Assembly: GCA_050953065.1 (NCBI GenBank)
Contig: JBMNLZ010000002.1
Span: 480,001 to 544,000, forward strand
Length of the DNA: 64,000 nt
Direction of reading: 5' to 3'
DNA from: Bacilli bacterium
GTDB taxonomy: Bacteria > Bacillota_I > Bacilli_A > ML615J-28 > CAG-698
Shown here: positions 40,425 to 54,574 of the stretch, piece by piece
Layout: each line of letters begins with the position of its first letter
How positions within the stretch are numbered: position 1 is the stretch's first letter
Position numbers and translations under genes: made by a program
Notes under the pieces: model-generated
Seen by the model: the letters and a program-made list of their open reading frames with translations, nothing else
What the model was told of the DNA's origin: nothing
Database searches by the model: none

Positions 40425-40500
40425 AGAGGTTTGTATAATCGCTTGAATATGGAAAGCAAGTTTCTACCTTAAGACCGTAAATCTTAAGACTACAAATTTT
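40425..40500 (+). promoter_or_regulatory. Purine riboswitch, guanine-specific
   Basis: P1 AGGTTTGTA/TACAAATTT; TATAAT..., loop AATATGG, AAGTTTCTAC, P3 CTTAAGA-CCGTAAA-TCTTAAG, then A-C-TA. The discriminator position is C (40490), as in the B. subtilis xpt aptamer. Confidence 0.96.
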
Positions 40501-40561
40501 AGAACATAAGCGAATAATACCCTCTATACATTTTAAAAAATTGGTAAAAGGAGGTACAAAT

Positions 40562-40639
40562 ATGAGAAATTTAATTTTTGCGAATTTAACAACTGTTTGT
40601 AACACTTCTTTTATTTTTGGTGTGTTTTTAAACAACTAA
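40562..40639 (+). CDS. Putative 25-aa leader peptide in the riboswitch expression platform
   Basis: AAGGAGGT RBS 6 nt before ATG; MRNLIFANLTTVCNTSFIFGVFLNN*; the stop overlaps the terminator. Confidence 0.55.
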   Translation: MRNLIFANLTTVCNTSFIFGVFLNN

Positions 40640-40666
40640 ACATTAACTATTTGTTAATGTTTTTTT
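40638..40666 (+). terminator. Attenuator terminator of the pur leader
   Basis: AAACATTAAC tattt GTTAATGTTT plus T run, just before the purE RBS. Confidence 0.8.
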
Positions 40667-40690
40667 ATTAATATATTAGGAGGGAATATT

Positions 40691-41170
40691 ATGAAACCGG
40701 TTGTTAGTGTTATTATGGGCTCAATTAGTGATAAAGAGGTAATGAGTAAAGCTTTTGAAATTTTAGATAGTTTTAATGTGGCTTATGAGAAAAAGGTTAT
40801 GAGCGCTCATAGGACACCAGAAGAAGTGGCAAGTTTTTCTAAGAATGCAATTAATAATGGAATTAAAGTAATAATTGCTGGAGCTGGAGGGGCTGCACAT
40901 TTACCTGGTGTTATTGCTTCTATGACAGTCCTGCCTGTAATTGGTGTGCCTATTTTAGGTAAGTCAACAGCTGGTTTGGATTCACTTTTGTCAATTGTCC
41001 AAATGCCAAGTGGAATCCCTGTTGCAACAGTTGGAATAAATGGAAGTGCAAATGCTGCTTTATTAGCAGTTGAAGTATTAGCAGTAAATGATATTTCTTT
41101 ACAAAAAAGGTTAGTTGAATATAGAGAAAAAATAAAAAAATTATCATTAGAAAGCAATAAGGGATTATAA
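40691..41170 (+). CDS. purE: Class I PurE (N5-CAIR mutase)
   Basis: MGSISD, SAHRTP, AGGAAHLPG, SIVQMPSG. Confidence 0.96.
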   Translation: MKPVVSVIMGSISDKEVMSKAFEILDSFNVAYEKKVMSAHRTPEEVASFSKNAINNGIKVIIAGAGGAAHLPGVIASMTVLPVIGVPILGKSTAGLDSLLSIVQMPSGIPVATVGINGSANAALLAVEVLAVNDISLQKRLVEYREKIKKLSLESNKGL

Positions 41171-41173
41171 AGT

Positions 41174-44100
41174 ATGAATAAATATAGAATCTTTGTTGAA
41201 AAAAAAGAAGGCTTTCAAATAGAAGCTAAAGCATTAGCAAATGAATTTAATAGTAATTTAAATCAAAAAATAAGAAATGTAAGATTTATCAATATATATG
41301 ATGTTTTCAATATCTCAAAAGAATTATTAGAAAAAGCTAAAAGTTTAGTTTTTGCTGATAAAGTTCAAGATGTAATATATGATGATATTAAAGATTTAAA
41401 AATTGGAAATAATCAATTTTTTGCAATTGAATTTTTACCAGGTCAATTTGATCAAAGAGCAGATAGTACAAAACAACTAATTGCATTTATTGATCCAAAA
41501 GCTGAAGTTTTTGTAAAGACTGGTAAGTTAATTGTTTTAGAAGGCGAAGTTGATTTAGAAAAAGTAAAAGGATATTATATCAATAAAATTGAAACTAGAG
41601 AAAAAGATTTAAATGTTTTAAATTATAGTGATAATGATTTGCCAAAACCAGTTGGTTTTGTTGAAGATTTTTTTGATTTATCTTCAAAAGAATTAGTTGA
41701 TAAATTTCAACTAGCAATGTCAGTTAAAGACATGGATATGATAAAAGAACATTATACGAGTGAGGCAAGAAAACCAACTGTAACTGAAATTAAAATGTTA
41801 GATACTTATTGGTCAGATCATTGTCGTCATACAACATTTGAAACAGAACTTGATATTGAAATTAAGGATAAAAGAATAAAACAAGCTTTCGAAAAATATT
41901 TATCAATGAGAAACGTTTTAAAGCGTGAAGCTAAGCCTGTTACATTAATGGATATGGCTAAGATAAACATGCTTTATGAAAAAAATCAAAATAATTTAAA
42001 AGATTTAGAAATTTCAGAAGAAACTAATGCATGTAGTATTTATATAGATGTTGATGTAGATGGAAAAATAGAAAAATGGTTATTGATGTTTAAAAATGAA
42101 ACTCATAATCATCCTACTGAAGTAGAACCTTTTGGTGGGGCTTCAACTTGTGTGGGTGGTGCTATTAGAGACCCATTAAGTGGAAGAAGCTATGTATATC
42201 AAGCACTTCGTGTAACTGGAGCAGCTGATATTACAAAACCAATCTCTGAAACTTTAGAAGGAAAACTACCTCAAAGAGTGATTTCTAAAAAAGCTGCTTT
42301 AGGTTATTCTTCTTATGGAAATCAAATTGGTTTACCTGCAAGTTATATTAAAGAGATTTTTCATGAGGGATATTTAGCTAAAAGAATGGAATTAGGAGCT
42401 GTAATTGCTGCTTGCCCTGTTGAAAATGTTATTAGAAAAACTCCACAAGAAGGAGATGTTGTAATCTTACTTGGTGGAAGAACTGGAAGAGATGGGATTG
42501 GTGGAGCAACAAGTTCATCTAAACAACACACTGATACATCTTTAGAACAATCAGCAGCTGAAGTGCAAAAAGGTAATGCTCCTGAAGAACGTAAAATTCA
42601 AAGATTGTTTAGAAAAGCAGAAGTAACTACGTTAATTAAAAAAGCTAATGATTTTGGTGCAGGTGGAGTTAGTGTTGCAATTGGTGAATTAGCAGATGGT
42701 TTAGAGATCTATTTAGATAAAGTTCCAGTTAAATATAAAGGTTTAAATGAAACTGAACTTGCTATATCAGAGTCTCAAGAAAGAATGGCAGTTGTAGTTA
42801 GTAAAAAAGATGTAGAAAAGTTTATTAAACTATCAAGTGAAGAAAACTTAGAAGCAACAGTTGTTGCTAAGGTAACTTCAAATAATCGTTTAATAATGAA
42901 ATATAATGATAAAGTAGTAGTTAATTTAAGTAGAGATTTTATCAATACAAATGGTGCAAGACAGAATGCTAAAGTTGTTATTGCTGAAGCAAATTATGCA
43001 GAACTTGCTAAAACTTGTAAAACTACTAATTTAAAAGAAGATATAGTTACTAATTTAAGTGATTTAAATGTTTGTAGTCAAAAAGGATTAATCGAAATGT
43101 TTGACTCAACAATTGGTGCATCTACAGTTTTGATGCCTTATGGTGGAAAATATCAAGAAACTCCAACTCAAGGTTCAGTTGGATTAATCCCAGTATTGGA
43201 AGGTAATACTAAAACATGTTCTATAATGACTGTTGGATATAATCCTGTTTTATCAAGTATTAGTCCATATCATGGAGCTAAATATGCGATTGTTGAATCA
43301 ATGGCAAAACTAGTTGCTATGGGTGGAGAGTATGAAAAAGTGAGATTTACTTTCCAAGAGTATTTTGAAAAATTAGGTAAAGATAGTTCTAAATGGGCTA
43401 AACCTACTGCAAGCCTATTAGGAGCAGTTGAAATATTAAATGAATTTAATTTAGCATCAATTGGTGGTAAAGATTCAATGAGTGGAACATTTAATGATTT
43501 AAATGTACCTCCTGCTTTAATATCTTTTGCTGTTACAACAGCAAATAGTGATAATATTGTATCACCTGAATTAAAATCATCAGGAAACTATTTGTATTTA
43601 GTAAAAGCAAATTATGATAAAGACTATTTACCAAATGCTTCTTTATTAAAGAAAAACTTTAAATTAGTAGAAAAGTTAATTAAAGAAAAGACTATTGTTT
43701 CAAGTTATGCTTTAGAGTTTGGTGGACTATCAGCAGCTTTAATTAAAATGTCTTTAGGAAATAAATTAGGTTTAGATGTTTCAACTAAAGAAAATCTATT
43801 TGATATAACTTATGGAAATATAGTAATTGAGTCTACAAAAGAACTAACTCTAGATAATTTTATTAAATTAGGTAAAGTAACAGATGGAACTATTATAATA
43901 AATGGCTGTACTTTAACTCATGAAGAAGCACTTAAAGCTTTAAAAGCACCTCTTGAAAAGATTTATCCAGAATATGGTAGAAGTGTAAATAGTAATTTAA
44001 GTATTTCTAAAGATTGTTATGATAAAGTTAGTCCTAAATTTAATAAAACTAAAGTTAATGTATTAATTCCAGTCTTTCCTGGAAGTAATAATGAATATGA

Positions 44101-44848
44101 TATTTATAAAGCGTTTCTTGAAGAAAAAGCTAATCCGAAAATGTTAGTATTTAAGAATCTAACATTTAAAGATATTAGCAATTCGATTATTGAATTAAAA
44201 GAAGCAATTGATAAAACAGATATTCTTGTTATTGGTGGAGCTTTGCCAGCTGGAGATGGAAGTGATGGTTCTGGAAAATATCTTGCATGTATTTTAAATA
44301 ATCAAGAAATAAAAGAAGCAATAGAAAAATTAATTGCTAGAAAAGGACTAATTTTAGGAATTAGTAGTGGTTTCCAAGCTTTAGTAAAAGCGGGATTATT
44401 GCCATATGGAGACTTTAAAACAAAAGAGTCTTCACCTACTTTAGTAAAAAATGAAATCAACAGATATGTTTCTAAGTTTGTAAAAACAAGAGTTACGAGC
44501 CTAAAATCTCCTTGGCTTTCTTCGTTTGAAGTAGGAGAAGTTCATGAAGTTGCTATTAGCCAAGGTGAGGGTGGTTTTGTAGTAGATTTAGAAATGGCTA
44601 AAAATTTATTTGATAATGGGCAAGTTGCTTTTCAATATTGTGATTTTGAAGGGAAAGTAACGAATGATCCAAAATATAATCCAAATGGAAGTTTATATGC
44701 CATTGAAGGGATTATTTCAAAAGATGGATTGATTTTAGGAAAAATGGGACATTCTGAAAGAAAAGATGAAAATGCTTTTAAAAATATTTATGGAAATAAA
44801 GTTCAAAATATCTTTGCTAATGCAGTGAATTATTTTAAAGGCATTTAA
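41174..44848 (+). CDS. purL: FGAM synthase, fused large form (PurL + PurQ domain); glutaminase Cys replaced by Ser
   Basis: 'YWSDHCRHTTF', 'ETHNHPTE.EPFGGA', 'DFGAGG', 'SESQERM', 'GGKDSM'; C-terminal 'ILGISSGFQAL', 'MGHSER'. Confidence 0.95.
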   Translation: MNKYRIFVEKKEGFQIEAKALANEFNSNLNQKIRNVRFINIYDVFNISKELLEKAKSLVFADKVQDVIYDDIKDLKIGNNQFFAIEFLPGQFDQRADSTKQLIAFIDPKAEVFVKTGKLIVLEGEVDLEKVKGYYINKIETREKDLNVLNYSDNDLPKPVGFVEDFFDLSSKELVDKFQLAMSVKDMDMIKEHYTSEARKPTVTEIKMLDTYWSDHCRHTTFETELDIEIKDKRIKQAFEKYLSMRNVLKREAKPVTLMDMAKINMLYEKNQNNLKDLEISEETNACSIYIDVDVDGKIEKWLLMFKNETHNHPTEVEPFGGASTCVGGAIRDPLSGRSYVYQALRVTGAADITKPISETLEGKLPQRVISKKAALGYSSYGNQIGLPASYIKEIFHEGYLAKRMELGAVIAACPVENVIRKTPQEGDVVILLGGRTGRDGIGGATSSSKQHTDTSLEQSAAEVQKGNAPEERKIQRLFRKAEVTTLIKKANDFGAGGVSVAIGELADGLEIYLDKVPVKYKGLNETELAISESQERMAVVVSKKDVEKFIKLSSEENLEATVVAKVTSNNRLIMKYNDKVVVNLSRDFINTNGARQNAKVVIAEANYAELAKTCKTTNLKEDIVTNLSDLNVCSQKGLIEMFDSTIGASTVLMPYGGKYQETPTQGSVGLIPVLEGNTKTCSIMTVGYNPVLSSISPYHGAKYAIVESMAKLVAMGGEYEKVRFTFQEYFEKLGKDSSKWAKPTASLLGAVEILNEFNLASIGGKDSMSGTFNDLNVPPALISFAVTTANSDNIVSPELKSSGNYLYLVKANYDKDYLPNASLLKKNFKLVEKLIKEKTIVSSYALEFGGLSAALIKMSLGNKLGLDVSTKENLFDITYGNIVIESTKELTLDNFIKLGKVTDGTIIINGCTLTHEEALKALKAPLEKIYPEYGRSVNSNLSISKDCYDKVSPKFNKTKVNVLIPVFPGSNNEYDIYKAFLEEKANPKMLVFKNLTFKDISNSIIELKEAIDKTDILVIGGALPAGDGSDGSGKYLACILNNQEIKEAIEKLIARKGLILGISSGFQALVKAGLLPYGDFKTKESSPTLVKNEINRYVSKFVKTRVTSLKSPWLSSFEVGEVHEVAISQGEGGFVVDLEMAKNLFDNGQVAFQYCDFEGKVTNDPKYNPNGSLYAIEGIISKDGLILGKMGHSERKDENAFKNIYGNKVQNIFANAVNYFKGI

Positions 44849-44897
44849 ATAAATTTGAAAAATAAGATTTAGGTAAGATGAATCCTAAATAGAATGG

Positions 44898-46280
44898 ATG
44901 GATATGGAAAAGGTATTCAAAAATAAAATTAATGAAGAATGTGGTGTTGTAGCAGTATTTAATTGCCATGATGCCTCAGAAATTGTATTTTATGCTTTGC
45001 ATGCTTTACAACATCGTGGTCAAGAAGGTTGCGGAATGGTATGTGCTAATAATGGTGATTTTAAATTAATTAAAGGTCCAGGATTAGTTCATGAAAACTT
45101 TCATGATAATACTTTAAAAAAGCTAGTTGGCGATATGGGAATAGGACATGTGAATTATCCAAGCATTAGAAGCGGTAATGATGTTTCGATGTTACAACCA
45201 TATTTGTTTAGACATTGTGACGGAGACTTTGCCATCGCTAATAATGGTAGTATGACTAATTATCAAGAAATTAGACTTTTTCTTGAGCATAATGGTAGTA
45301 TATTTCAATCAAACTCTGATGCTGAAATGATTGCTCATTTAATCAAGAAAGAACAAAATGCCAACATGTTAGAATCTATAAAAGGAGCATTAAATAAAAT
45401 AGAAGGTAGTTTTTCATGTGTTATTATGACTGAAGATAAAATTTATGCATGTCGTGATAAACATGGTTTTAAACCTTTAGCACTTGGAAAATTAAATGGT
45501 GGTTATATCGTTGTTTCTGAAACATGTGCTTTTGAACTTTGTGTAGCCGATTATATTAGAGATATAGAACCAGGTGAAATCTTAGTGATTTCTAAGGATG
45601 GTTTACATAGTGAAAAATACAGTAAAGATATTAATCATCATATGTGTGCTATGGAATATATTTATTTTGCAAGACCAGATAGCGAGATTGAAGGAATTAA
45701 TGTTCATTTATTCCGCCGTGAAACTGGAAGACTATTAGCTAAAGAAAGCCCAGTTGAGGCTGATGTTGTTGTAGGGGTTCCTGATTCATCACTTTCTGCT
45801 GCTATGGGATATGCTGAGGAAAGTAAGATTCCAAATGAAACTGGATTGATTAAAAATAAATATGTTGGAAGAACTTTTATTCAAGTTGCCCAAAGATTAA
45901 GAGAAAGAACAGTTCGTATGAAACTATCTACTGTTTCAGCGGTTGTAAAGGGCAAAAGAGTTGTTTTAGTAGATGATTCAATTGTTAGAGGAACAACATC
46001 TAAAAGAATTGTTACACTTTTAAGAGAAAGTGGAGCAAAAGAAGTGCATGTTAGAATTTCTTCTCCTCAAATGCAACATTCTTGTTATTATGGAGTTGAT
46101 ACTTCTACAGAAGAAGAATTAATTGGAGCTAATAAAACACTTGAAGAAATTAAAGAAGCAATTGGAGCAGATACTCTTGCATTCTTATCAGTTGATTCTT
46201 TATATAAAGCTAGTAAGAGAGCACAGTTATGTACTGCATGTTTTAATGGAGTATATCCAACAAAAATTAGAAAGAAATAA
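44898..46280 (+). CDS. purF: Amidophosphoribosyltransferase (propeptide, Fe-S type)
   Basis: 'NEECGV', 'LQHRGQE', 'YFARPDS', '[10 protein letters not shown]', Fe-S Cys residues in CAME, CYYG and CTAC. Confidence 0.95.
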   Translation: MDMEKVFKNKINEECGVVAVFNCHDASEIVFYALHALQHRGQEGCGMVCANNGDFKLIKGPGLVHENFHDNTLKKLVGDMGIGHVNYPSIRSGNDVSMLQPYLFRHCDGDFAIANNGSMTNYQEIRLFLEHNGSIFQSNSDAEMIAHLIKKEQNANMLESIKGALNKIEGSFSCVIMTEDKIYACRDKHGFKPLALGKLNGGYIVVSETCAFELCVADYIRDIEPGEILVISKDGLHSEKYSKDINHHMCAMEYIYFARPDSEIEGINVHLFRRETGRLLAKESPVEADVVVGVPDSSLSAAMGYAEESKIPNETGLIKNKYVGRTFIQVAQRLRERTVRMKLSTVSAVVKGKRVVLVDDSIVRGTTSKRIVTLLRESGAKEVHVRISSPQMQHSCYYGVDTSTEEELIGANKTLEEIKEAIGADTLAFLSVDSLYKASKRAQLCTACFNGVYPTKIRKK

Positions 46281-46303
46281 ATGTAAAGGATTTTTTAAAA
46301 AAT

Positions 46304-47323
46304 ATGAGTAAAATATATAAAAGTGCTGGCGTTGATTTAGAAGCAGGATATGAAGGTGTACGTTTAATTAAAGAACACGTTCTAAAAACAAAAAGATTAG
46401 GGATGATGGGCGGAATTGGTTCTTTTGGTGGGATGTTTGATTTATCTATTTTAAAGTATAAAGAACCGGTTTTAGTAAGTGGAACTGATGGAGTTGGAAC
46501 AAAATTAATGATTGCTCAACTTTTAGATATTCATGATACGATTGGACAAGATGTTGTAGCGATGTGTGTTAATGATGTTTTAGCACAAGGAGCAGAACCA
46601 ATATTCTTTTTAGATTATATTGCAATTGGAAAAAATGATCCTTTAAAAGTTTCAGAGATTGTTAAAGGAGTAAGTGATGGGTGTATAAAAGCAGGCGCTG
46701 CTTTAGTTGGAGGGGAAACTGCTGAGATGCCTGATATGTATCAAAAAGATGAATATGACATTGCAGGGTTTACTGTAGGAGTTGTTGAAAAAAGTAAGAT
46801 AATAGATGGCTCTAAGGTAAGCGCTGGGGATGTTTTAATTGGAATTAAATCTTCTGGAATTCATTCAAATGGTTATTCTTTAGTTAGAAAGATAGTTTTT
46901 AAAGACCAAAAACTTAATTTAGAAGAACAAGTAGGACCTAAAAAATTAAAAGAATGGTTAATTGAACCTACTAGAATCTATGTAAAGAGTGTTTTAGAAG
47001 TTATTAAAAATGTTGACGTTCATGCGATTGCTCATATAACAGGTGGTGGATTTGATGAAAATATTCCAAGAGCCTTAAATAAAAATCAAGGAGCAACAAT
47101 CTTTGAAGAAAAACTTCCTAAATTAGAAATTTTTAAATATTTAGAAGAAAAAGGTGGAGTTAATCACCGTGAAATGTATAATGTTTTTAATATGGGAGTT
47201 GGAATGATTATTATCGTTAAAAAAAATGATGCTAAAAAAGTAATTGAAATTTTAAATAAAAATGGTGAAGAAGCATTTGAAATTGGAGTAGTTACTACTA
47301 AAGAAGGAATTGAAATATTATGA
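46304..47323 (+). CDS. purM: AIR synthetase
   Basis: 'GTDGVGTK', 'GGETAEMP', 'SSGIHSNG', 'HITGGG', 'FNMG'. Confidence 0.97.
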   Translation: MSKIYKSAGVDLEAGYEGVRLIKEHVLKTKRLGMMGGIGSFGGMFDLSILKYKEPVLVSGTDGVGTKLMIAQLLDIHDTIGQDVVAMCVNDVLAQGAEPIFFLDYIAIGKNDPLKVSEIVKGVSDGCIKAGAALVGGETAEMPDMYQKDEYDIAGFTVGVVEKSKIIDGSKVSAGDVLIGIKSSGIHSNGYSLVRKIVFKDQKLNLEEQVGPKKLKEWLIEPTRIYVKSVLEVIKNVDVHAIAHITGGGFDENIPRALNKNQGATIFEEKLPKLEIFKYLEEKGGVNHREMYNVFNMGVGMIIIVKKNDAKKVIEILNKNGEEAFEIGVVTTKEGIEIL

Positions 47324-47871
47324 ATATAGCAGTTTTTGCTTCTGGGAATGGTAGTAATTTTGAAGCCATTGCTAAAACAAAATTTAAAAAAATAAAAATA
47401 AAACTTTTAATAACTGATAAAGAGAATGCATATTGTATTGAAAGAAGTAAAAGGTTAAATATTCCTTATTTTGTTTTTCCGTATAAAAAGTTTAAATCAA
47501 AAAAAGAATATGAAGAAAACATTTTAAAAAAATTAAAAGAAGAAAAAATTGATGTTATAGTTTTAGCTGGTTATATGAGAATTTTAGAAGATACTATTCT
47601 AAATGCTTATGAAAATAAAATTATTAACATTCATCCTTCGCTATTACCTGCTTTTAAGGGAATGAATGCAATTGAAGAAGCCTATAAAGCAGGGGTAAAA
47701 ATTATTGGTATAACAGTTCATTATGTTAATAAAGAATTAGATGGTGGCGAAATAATCGCTCAAGAATGTTTTAAAATTAAGAATTTAACATTAAAAGAAA
47801 CGGAAGCTAAAATACATAAGCTAGAACATAAACTTTATCCGAAAGTGTTAAAAGAATTATTTGATAGGTGA
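47320..47871 (+). CDS. purN: GAR formyltransferase
   Basis: 'ASGNGSN', 'LAGYMRIL', 'NIHPSLLP', 'LDGG.II.Q'. Confidence 0.96.
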   Translation: MNIAVFASGNGSNFEAIAKTKFKKIKIKLLITDKENAYCIERSKRLNIPYFVFPYKKFKSKKEYEENILKKLKEEKIDVIVLAGYMRILEDTILNAYENKIINIHPSLLPAFKGMNAIEEAYKAGVKIIGITVHYVNKELDGGEIIAQECFKIKNLTLKETEAKIHKLEHKLYPKVLKELFDR

Positions 47872-47875
47872 TATT

Positions 47876-49111
47876 ATGAAAGTTTTAATAATAGGAAGTG
47901 GGGGACGCGAACACGCAATTGCCTCTTACATTGCAGCATCAAAACATAAACCACAAGTTTTTGTAGCAAAAGGAAATGCTGGGATGACTTGTGCAACGCT
48001 TGTTAATATTAATGAAGATGATAATAAAGCATTAGTTAGATTTGCTTTAAAGGAAAAAATTGATTTAACAATCGTTGGGCCTGAAGCTGCTTTAAATAAT
48101 GGGCTAGTTGATGACTTTAGAAAAAATAATTTACTAATCTTTGGACCAACAAAAGATGCGGCTAGAATTGAAAGCAGTAAAAAGTTTGCTAAAGAATTAA
48201 TGGAAAAATATGATATTCCAACCGCTAAATATAAAGCTTTTTCTAATTATGAAGACGCAATTGAATATATACAAAAAAACACCCTTCCTATGGTTATAAA
48301 ATATGATGGGCTTGCTGCTGGGAAAGGTGTTGTAATTGCTAACCTTTTTGAAGAAGCAGAAGAATTTTTAAAAGAAATCTTTTTAAAAGGTAAGTATGAC
48401 ACTAAAGAAGTTATTATTGAAGAATACTTAGAAGGTCCAGAATTTTCTTTAATGGCTTTTGTTAATAAAGATAAAGTTTATCCTATGGAAATAGCACAAG
48501 ACCATAAAAGAGCTTATGATTATGATATGGGGCCTAATACTGGTGGAATGGGTGCATATAGTCCTGTTAATATTATTTCTAAAGAAGATATTGACTATGC
48601 AGTAAAGAATATTATGGAAAAAACTGCCAAAGCATTAGTTAGTGAAGGAATCTGTTATTTAGGGGTTTTATATGGTGGTTTGATGAAAACCAAAGATGGA
48701 ATTAAAGTCATTGAGTTTAACGCAAGATTTGGAGACCCAGAAACTGAAGTAGTTTTACCTAGACTTAAGAATGATTTACTAGATGTAATATTAAATGTTA
48801 TTGCTAAAAAAGATTTTAAACTTAATTGGACAAATGATATATGTTTAGGTGTAGTAATGGCTTCAATTGGATACCCAGGAAATTACAAGAAAAATTGTGA
48901 AATAAGTAATATTCCAGAAGAAGATGTTTTTCATATGGGAACTAAAATAGAAGATGGCAAAATAGTAAATAATGGTGGTAGAGTTTTAATAGTTTTAGGA
49001 AAAGGTAAAACTTTTCTAGAAGCTAGAGAAAATGCATATAAGAAGGTAGCAGAAGTTCAATCTAAGAATTTATTTTTTAGAAAAGATATAGGCTATCAAA
49101 TGATTAAATAA
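47876..49111 (+). CDS. purD: GAR synthetase
   Basis: 'GSGGREHA', 'DGLAAGKGV', 'QDHKR', 'GPNTGGMG', 'EFNARFGDPE'; ATG 47876 after AGGTGA. Confidence 0.97.
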   Translation: MKVLIIGSGGREHAIASYIAASKHKPQVFVAKGNAGMTCATLVNINEDDNKALVRFALKEKIDLTIVGPEAALNNGLVDDFRKNNLLIFGPTKDAARIESSKKFAKELMEKYDIPTAKYKAFSNYEDAIEYIQKNTLPMVIKYDGLAAGKGVVIANLFEEAEEFLKEIFLKGKYDTKEVIIEEYLEGPEFSLMAFVNKDKVYPMEIAQDHKRAYDYDMGPNTGGMGAYSPVNIISKEDIDYAVKNIMEKTAKALVSEGICYLGVLYGGLMKTKDGIKVIEFNARFGDPETEVVLPRLKNDLLDVILNVIAKKDFKLNWTNDICLGVVMASIGYPGNYKKNCEISNIPEEDVFHMGTKIEDGKIVNNGGRVLIVLGKGKTFLEARENAYKKVAEVQSKNLFFRKDIGYQMIK

Positions 49112-52127
<3,016 letters not shown>

Positions 52128-52135
52128 GAGAAGAA

Positions 52136-53689
52136 ATGAAAGCATTAATAAGTGTTTTTTATAAAGATGGAATAGTTGATTTTGCAAAAAGATTAAATAA
52201 ATTAGGTGTAGAGATTGTTTCAACTGGTGGGACTTATAAAACGTTAAAACAAAACGATGTTCCTGTTTTAGAAGTTTCTGATTTAACAGGATTTAGGGAA
52301 TGTTTAGAAGGAAGAGTTAAAACTCTTCATCCTGTGATTCATGCAGGAATTTTAGCCAAAAGATCATCTGATGAACATATGAAACATTTAAAAGAACTAA
52401 AAATTGATACAATTGATTTTGTTGTAGTAAATCTTTATCCTTTTAAAGAGGTAATCTTAAAAGAGGATACGACATTTGATTTAGCAGTTGAAAACATAGA
52501 TATCGGTGGACCGACAATGTTAAGAGCTGCTGCTAAGAATTACCAAGATGTGGTAGTGATAGTTGACCCTAAAGATTATGAAAAAGTTTTAGATGAATTA
52601 GAAAAGACGAAAAATGTATCAATGGAAACAAGACTTTATTTAATGCAAAAAGTATTTGCTCATACAGCTGCATATGATGCATTAATAGCAAAATATTTAT
52701 CAAATAAAAGAGAAGATTATTCATTCCCAGAAAATTTAACTTTAGTATATGAAAAAGTTCAAGATATGAGATATGGAGAAAACCCTCATCAAAAAGCAAG
52801 CTTTTATAAAGATGTGTTAGATAATCGTGGCAATTTGCCAAGTGCAATTCAATTAAATGGTAAAGAATTATCTTTTAATAATATTAATGATACTAATGGT
52901 GCTTTAGAATTATTAAAAGAATTTGAAGAACCAACTGTTGTTGCATGCAAACATGGCAATCCATGTGGTGTTGGAAGTGCTGATAGTATATATGAGGCTT
53001 GGAGTAAAGCATTTAATGCAGACAAAGTTTCTATTTTTGGTGGAATTGTAGTTTTAAATAGAGAAGTTACTTTAGAAATAGCTTTAGAAATGAATAAAAT
53101 ATTTTTAGAAGTGATAGTTGCACCAAGCTATGAAAAAGAAGCTTTAGAAGTTTTACAATCAAAGAAGAACTTAAGAATCTTACAAATAAAAGAAGATATT
53201 ATGTTAAAACAATCAGAACATGCATATGATTTAAAGAAAATCAATGGCGGATTGATTGTTCAAACGGTAGATAGTATTATTTTAGGAGATTCTTTAAATA
53301 ATGTTACTAAGAAAAAACCAACAAAAGAAGAGATGGAAGATTTAATCTTTGCAATGAAGGTTGTTAAGTTTGCAAAATCAAATGGTATTGTAATTGCAAA
53401 AAATAAGCAAACTATTGGAATTGGTCCAGGTCAAGTTAATAGAATTTGGGCTGCTAAACAATCAATTGAACATGCTGGTGAGTTAATTGGTGAAGGAGTA
53501 ACAAAAGGAGCAGTTTTAGCTTCAGATGCATTCTTTCCATTTGATGATGTTGTAAGAGTTGCTAATGATGCAGGAATTACTGCGATTATTCAACCAGGAG
53601 GATCTATAAAAGATCAAGATAGTATTGATAGATGTAATGAATTTAATATCGCAATGGTATTTACAGGAGTTAGACATTTTAAACATTAA
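52136..53689 (+). CDS. purH: Bifunctional AICAR transformylase/IMP cyclohydrolase
   Basis: 'GRVKTLHP', 'IDIGGP', 'RYGENPHQ', 'SDAFFPF', 'QPGGS', 'RHFKH'. Confidence 0.98.
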   Translation: MKALISVFYKDGIVDFAKRLNKLGVEIVSTGGTYKTLKQNDVPVLEVSDLTGFRECLEGRVKTLHPVIHAGILAKRSSDEHMKHLKELKIDTIDFVVVNLYPFKEVILKEDTTFDLAVENIDIGGPTMLRAAAKNYQDVVVIVDPKDYEKVLDELEKTKNVSMETRLYLMQKVFAHTAAYDALIAKYLSNKREDYSFPENLTLVYEKVQDMRYGENPHQKASFYKDVLDNRGNLPSAIQLNGKELSFNNINDTNGALELLKEFEEPTVVACKHGNPCGVGSADSIYEAWSKAFNADKVSIFGGIVVLNREVTLEIALEMNKIFLEVIVAPSYEKEALEVLQSKKNLRILQIKEDIMLKQSEHAYDLKKINGGLIVQTVDSIILGDSLNNVTKKKPTKEEMEDLIFAMKVVKFAKSNGIVIAKNKQTIGIGPGQVNRIWAAKQSIEHAGELIGEGVTKGAVLASDAFFPFDDVVRVANDAGITAIIQPGGSIKDQDSIDRCNEFNIAMVFTGVRHFKH

Positions 53690-53710
53690 AAAAATAGAAT
53701 GGAGTATCTT

Positions 53711-54574
53711 ATGAAAAATCTAAAAACATTAAAAGAATTAGAAATTAGCGAAATTTTAGAAATACTTAAAGATGCAAAAGAATTTAAAAACGGTATGGTT
53801 TATAAATTAAGCGATAAAGTTATAGCTAATTTATTCTTTGAACCATCTACAAGAACCCAAAACTCATTTAATATGGCAGCATTGAAACTTGATATGAAAG
53901 TAATCAATTTCAATGCTAATATGTCATCACTACAAAAAGGTGAATCTTTTTATGATACAGTTAGAACATTTGAAGCTTTGGGGGTAGATGCTTTAGTTAT
54001 TAGACATTCACAAGATAGATACTATGATGAATTAAAAAATATAAAAGTTCCGATAATCAATGCAGGGGATGGAGTTGTAAGCCATCCCAGTCAAACGTTA
54101 TTAGACCTTTTTACTATTTATGAAGAGTTTGGTAAGTTTGAAGGCTTAAATGTAATGATAGTAGGAGACATTAAACATTCAAGAGTAGCTCACGAAAATA
54201 TTGATATTATGAAACGCCTTGGAATGAATTGTTTTGTTTCGGGAGCTTTAGAGTTTAAGGAAGATGGTTTTGATTGGGATGATTTTGATGAAGGTTTAAA
54301 GAAAGCTGACATTGTAATGATGTTGAGAATTCAACATGAACGTCATCAAGAAAGGCTACAAATGTCTATTACTGAATATCTAGAAAAATATGGACTAACT
54401 CTTTATAGAGTAAATCAAATGAAGCCAAATGCAATAATCATGCATCCTGCTCCATTTAATAGAGGTGTTGAAATAGAAGGAGCAGTAGCTGAATGTGAAA
54501 AGTCTAGAATTTTTAAACAAATTGAAAATGGGGTTTATGTAAGACAAGCCATCATTAAAAGGAGTTTCTCATGA
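53711..54574 (+). CDS. pyrB: Aspartate carbamoyltransferase
   Basis: 'FFEPSTRT', 'HPSQTLLD', 'HSRVA', 'MHPAP'; ATG 53711 after GGAG. Confidence 0.96.
   Translation: MKNLKTLKELEISEILEILKDAKEFKNGMVYKLSDKVIANLFFEPSTRTQNSFNMAALKLDMKVINFNANMSSLQKGESFYDTVRTFEALGVDALVIRHSQDRYYDELKNIKVPIINAGDGVVSHPSQTLLDLFTIYEEFGKFEGLNVMIVGDIKHSRVAHENIDIMKRLGMNCFVSGALEFKEDGFDWDDFDEGLKKADIVMMLRIQHERHQERLQMSITEYLEKYGLTLYRVNQMKPNAIIMHPAPFNRGVEIEGAVAECEKSRIFKQIENGVYVRQAIIKRSFS

Noticed and set aside
44867-44890. Hairpin ATTTAGG/CCTAAAT between purL and purF as a terminator
   Set aside because: Weak 7-bp stem, long loop and no U tract.
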